NCBI GenBank assembly: GCA_038087875.1
Contig: CM075977.1
Coordinates: forward strand, 16,988,001-17,052,000
Direction: 5' to 3'
Length of the DNA: 64,000 nt
From: Malacoraja senta
Taxonomy: Eukaryota
Position numbers and translations under genes: made by a program. Positions 61,698 to 64,000 of this stretch are shown one piece after another. Numbering within the stretch: the stretch's first letter is position 1; each line of letters opens with the position of its first letter. The notes under the pieces were generated by a model. That model made no database searches and had not been told where the DNA came from. It saw only the letters and a list, made by a program, of their open reading frames with translations.

Positions 61698-62271
61698 GGA
61701 ATCATTCACCATGCACCAATCGCTGGTTTATTTATTTTAGCCGTTGCTACCACTTTGTAAGTATTTGGCACTGTCTACAATTGTTTCAGATTTTTTCCGG
61801 GATGATAATGCAGGTGTGTGGAGATTGTTCGCTTTAAGGCTTTTGCACTCACTTTGTCTGGGGGACACCGGTGGGCATTCCCTTTGAGTATATCAGAACT
61901 GTGAAAATGAGTAAAGGGCACTGCAAACCAATTCATGGATTCAGAGCAACAAGGGGGATCCACCTGTCATAAGGTTGATTCTCTCTGATAAGCAGCAGGG
62001 ACATGACATATATTCAGTAGGAACCATGTATACATTCAGTGATAATACCACCAGCATTTGCTGCCTGGAGATTAATACATGCATGCACACCTTTCCACTT
62101 CTAATTTTCTCCTGTACCACCTTGTTCTGTGAGACAGAGGATGGCACACTATTGGTGTCATGTAATCTGTTGAGGCAATGTGGTGATCATCTTGATCTTG
62201 ATGAATGACAAAGTCAGCACAAAGGCTATAAAGATTCTGCATGTCAATGAGAATTCTCTCACACTTCTACA

Positions 62272-62830
62272 GGTATTGGTTTATTTTTGTCATGTGCACC
62301 AATATACAATGAAAAAAATATGTGTAAAGACACAGCAGCTCTGCCTAACCCTCTGAGTTACTCCAGCACTTTACACAATCTTCGCAGAATTGCAGCATCT
62401 GCAGTTCCTTGCATTTACGTGTAAATACTTTATATTTTGAACCTCTAACAAAACTCGATTTTAAAATACTGTTAAACTGAAAGAATCCAATTGTAAAGTT
62501 ATACTGCAAAGGAAATCCATGAAACCTATGAGTCATGATTGCAGATTCTTTGGGGAATTGTACACCAACTGTTTATAGGCAAAAAGGACTATTAGGGATA
62601 AATATCCAAAGACAAGGTTCAAAAAATCTATTTTGCATACTATGCAGACGAATCATACTGTTTATGAGTACAATCAAACCGTATATGAATACTACAAATA
62701 ATGCAAAAAAAGGAGACGGGAAACAAAGTGCACATTATAGCAGATACAGAGAAAGGACAGATAAAACCAAAGTGCAAGGTCTGCATCAAGGTATATTGGG
62801 AGATCCGGAATATATACAAATGTGCTATCT
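62272..62830 (-). mobile_element. Old LINE 3' UTR (Rex/L2-type tail) interrupted by a 301-bp templated insertion
   Basis: tttatttttgtcatgtgcaccaatatacaatgaaaaaaat | aaaaaatctattttgcatactatgcag... reads as one tail split by the insert. Confidence 0.6.
62320..62620 (-). repeat. Inverted duplicate of 59146-59420 + 60159-60184
   Basis: 275 + 26 = 301 bp collinear match on the opposite strand; flanked by AAAAAAT on both sides. Confidence 0.95.
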
Positions 62831-62939
62831 CAGCCTGGAATGACAACTCCTCTCCTCTTGACCACTTGAATCTGCAAGGAGGCCAAAATACAGCCAGTCT
62901 TCGCACTTCCTTCCATTCAGTCCATCTTCACAGCGATTT

Positions 62940-63130
62940 GCATCAGGAAGAGTGGAGGTTTCATGAAGGATGCCTGCAACCCAGCCCATTTATTTTACTC
63001 TCTTCTACCTTCAACAAGAATGGACAGGAGCTTGATAGTACAAACATCCAGACTTAAGAATAGTTCTTTCCCCACCACTTTGAGACTCTTGAACCAATCA
63101 CCTTTATTTCACACCCATTTCCTGGAGATG
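62940..63130 (+). mobile_element. Degenerate Rex-Babar C-terminal fragment
   Basis: MKDACNPAHLFYSLLPS...TSRLKNSSFPTTLRLLN. Confidence 0.7.
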
Positions 63131-63186
63131 CTGTTACATCATTAGACTTTTACCTTTGCCTCATTCAGTTATTCCGTTATTGTACT

Positions 63187-64000
63187 TGTAAACAAGAGCC
63201 AAAGTCATTGCGTGGTTTAAACACGTCTTTAATAATCACTTACCAGCACTAGGATAACTGGTCGTCAGTACACCCTAGCTGCTCGAACCCAAGTGCCGGG
63301 GTGGGGCGTTAGTAAAAGTGTTAGTATGGGTGTTGTGAAGGTGTGGAGTTAGTGGTGCTGGCTTGTGTGTGATTGGTTCACATGCACTCAATCTACATCC
63401 TTCCCCCTTGGGATTAAGTGTGGAAAGGGCACCCATGCCATGGAGTTAAACATACTCGCCATATCTGTCTGGTGGTCTGCTAACGCGTCCCGAGCGCGTG
63501 CGGACCCAACCCTCCCCTCCCTCTCCCGAAAGATGGGACGGAGATCCAGGAGGTGAGAATGGCGCGGGAGAGGTTTGTGGGGACCGAAAAGGAAGACATG
63601 CGGTGGGTGAGACCCCGTGGTTAGTGGAGACCGAGGGACGAGGAGGGGTGTAAGGCATGCGGGGACGGGTGGGAGACATCGCAGAAGGCGTCTGGAACTG
63701 GAGCGGCGGAGCATAGGAACCAGCAGGCGGTGGGCGGGGCTCCCTCACAGCAAGCAGGTGTTGTCGACTTCTCCGGTAAACCGCTCCCTCATAGTCCACC
63801 ATGTAGGATCGTGGCTCGTTAATCGGGTTGACAACAGTGCCCAGACGGGAATGTCCAGTCGAAGTTCGTAGATGGACGACCTGGCCCGGCAGTAGAGGCT
63901 TGAGTGATCTGCTGGAACTGTCGTATGATCGTTTCTGGATGCTCTGCCTCTCTTGGAGACGTTTCTGGATAGTGGCAGACTCCAACGCACGAGGAACCAG
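63187..64000 (-). mobile_element. Gypsy LTR retrotransposon 3' end (3' LTR ~63187-63397, PPT 63398-63409), continuing beyond the window
   Basis: Minus PPT AAGGGGGAAGGA, then TGTAGA...TTTACA with ATTAAA inside; integrase C-terminal ORF upstream. Confidence 0.88.
63446..64000 (-). CDS. Gypsy Pol integrase C-terminal region (partial, open to the window edge)
   Basis: QKRSYD...LKPLLPGQVV...EPRSYMV...YRRSRQHL...TRSGRVSRPPDRY*. Confidence 0.85.
   Translation of the reverse strand: MVPRALESATIQKRLQERQSIQKRSYDSSSRSLKPLLPGQVVHLRTSTGHSRLGTVVNPINEPRSYMVDYEGAVYRRSRQHLLAVREPRPPPAGSYAPPLQFQTPSAMSPTRPRMPYTPPRPSVSTNHGVSPTACLPFRSPQTSPAPFSPPGSPSHLSGEGGEGWVRTRSGRVSRPPDRYGEYV

Noticed and set aside
35152-62320. 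Unified model in which both inverted duplicates are 5' template switches of Rex insertions
   Set aside because: At 62.3 kb the LINE tail continues on the far side of the insert, and at 34.6/40.6 kb the derived copy appears to be the one not attached to Rex.

Overview
Eukaryotic, repeat-dense, AT-rich non-coding DNA, most likely from a cartilaginous fish (skate or ray). This is inferred from HE1-type V-SINEs, CR1/HER1-like LINEs and Deu-type SINE remnants. No host protein-coding exon could be recognised, so the window is probably a large intron or intergenic region. It holds a young 5'-truncated CR1 LINE with a fully open ORF2 (endonuclease + RT) nested in an older CR1, which abuts a Tc1 remnant. 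It also holds many CR1 and Rex-Babar fragments, Penelope-like pieces with hammerhead-ribozyme cores, a probable non-autonomous Helitron, three PIF/Harbinger-type MITEs, an unclassified TIR transposon, a ~0.9 kb miniature Gypsy LTR element and the 3' end of another Gypsy. The most notable observations are: (1) an in-phase U_UUA_AAC slippery heptamer directly before the CR1 ORF1 stop, with ORF2 in the -1 frame (candidate programmed frameshift); (2) two ~300 bp inverted, templated duplications copied from 2-6 kb away, one apparently mediated by two inverted SINEs; (3) a recurrent non-tRNA-headed, Rex-tailed non-autonomous retroelement family; (4) an unclassified TA-flanked TIR element carrying CCAAT boxes and an exon-like segment. 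Boundaries of degraded repeats are approximate and all family calls are from motif recognition, not database searches.
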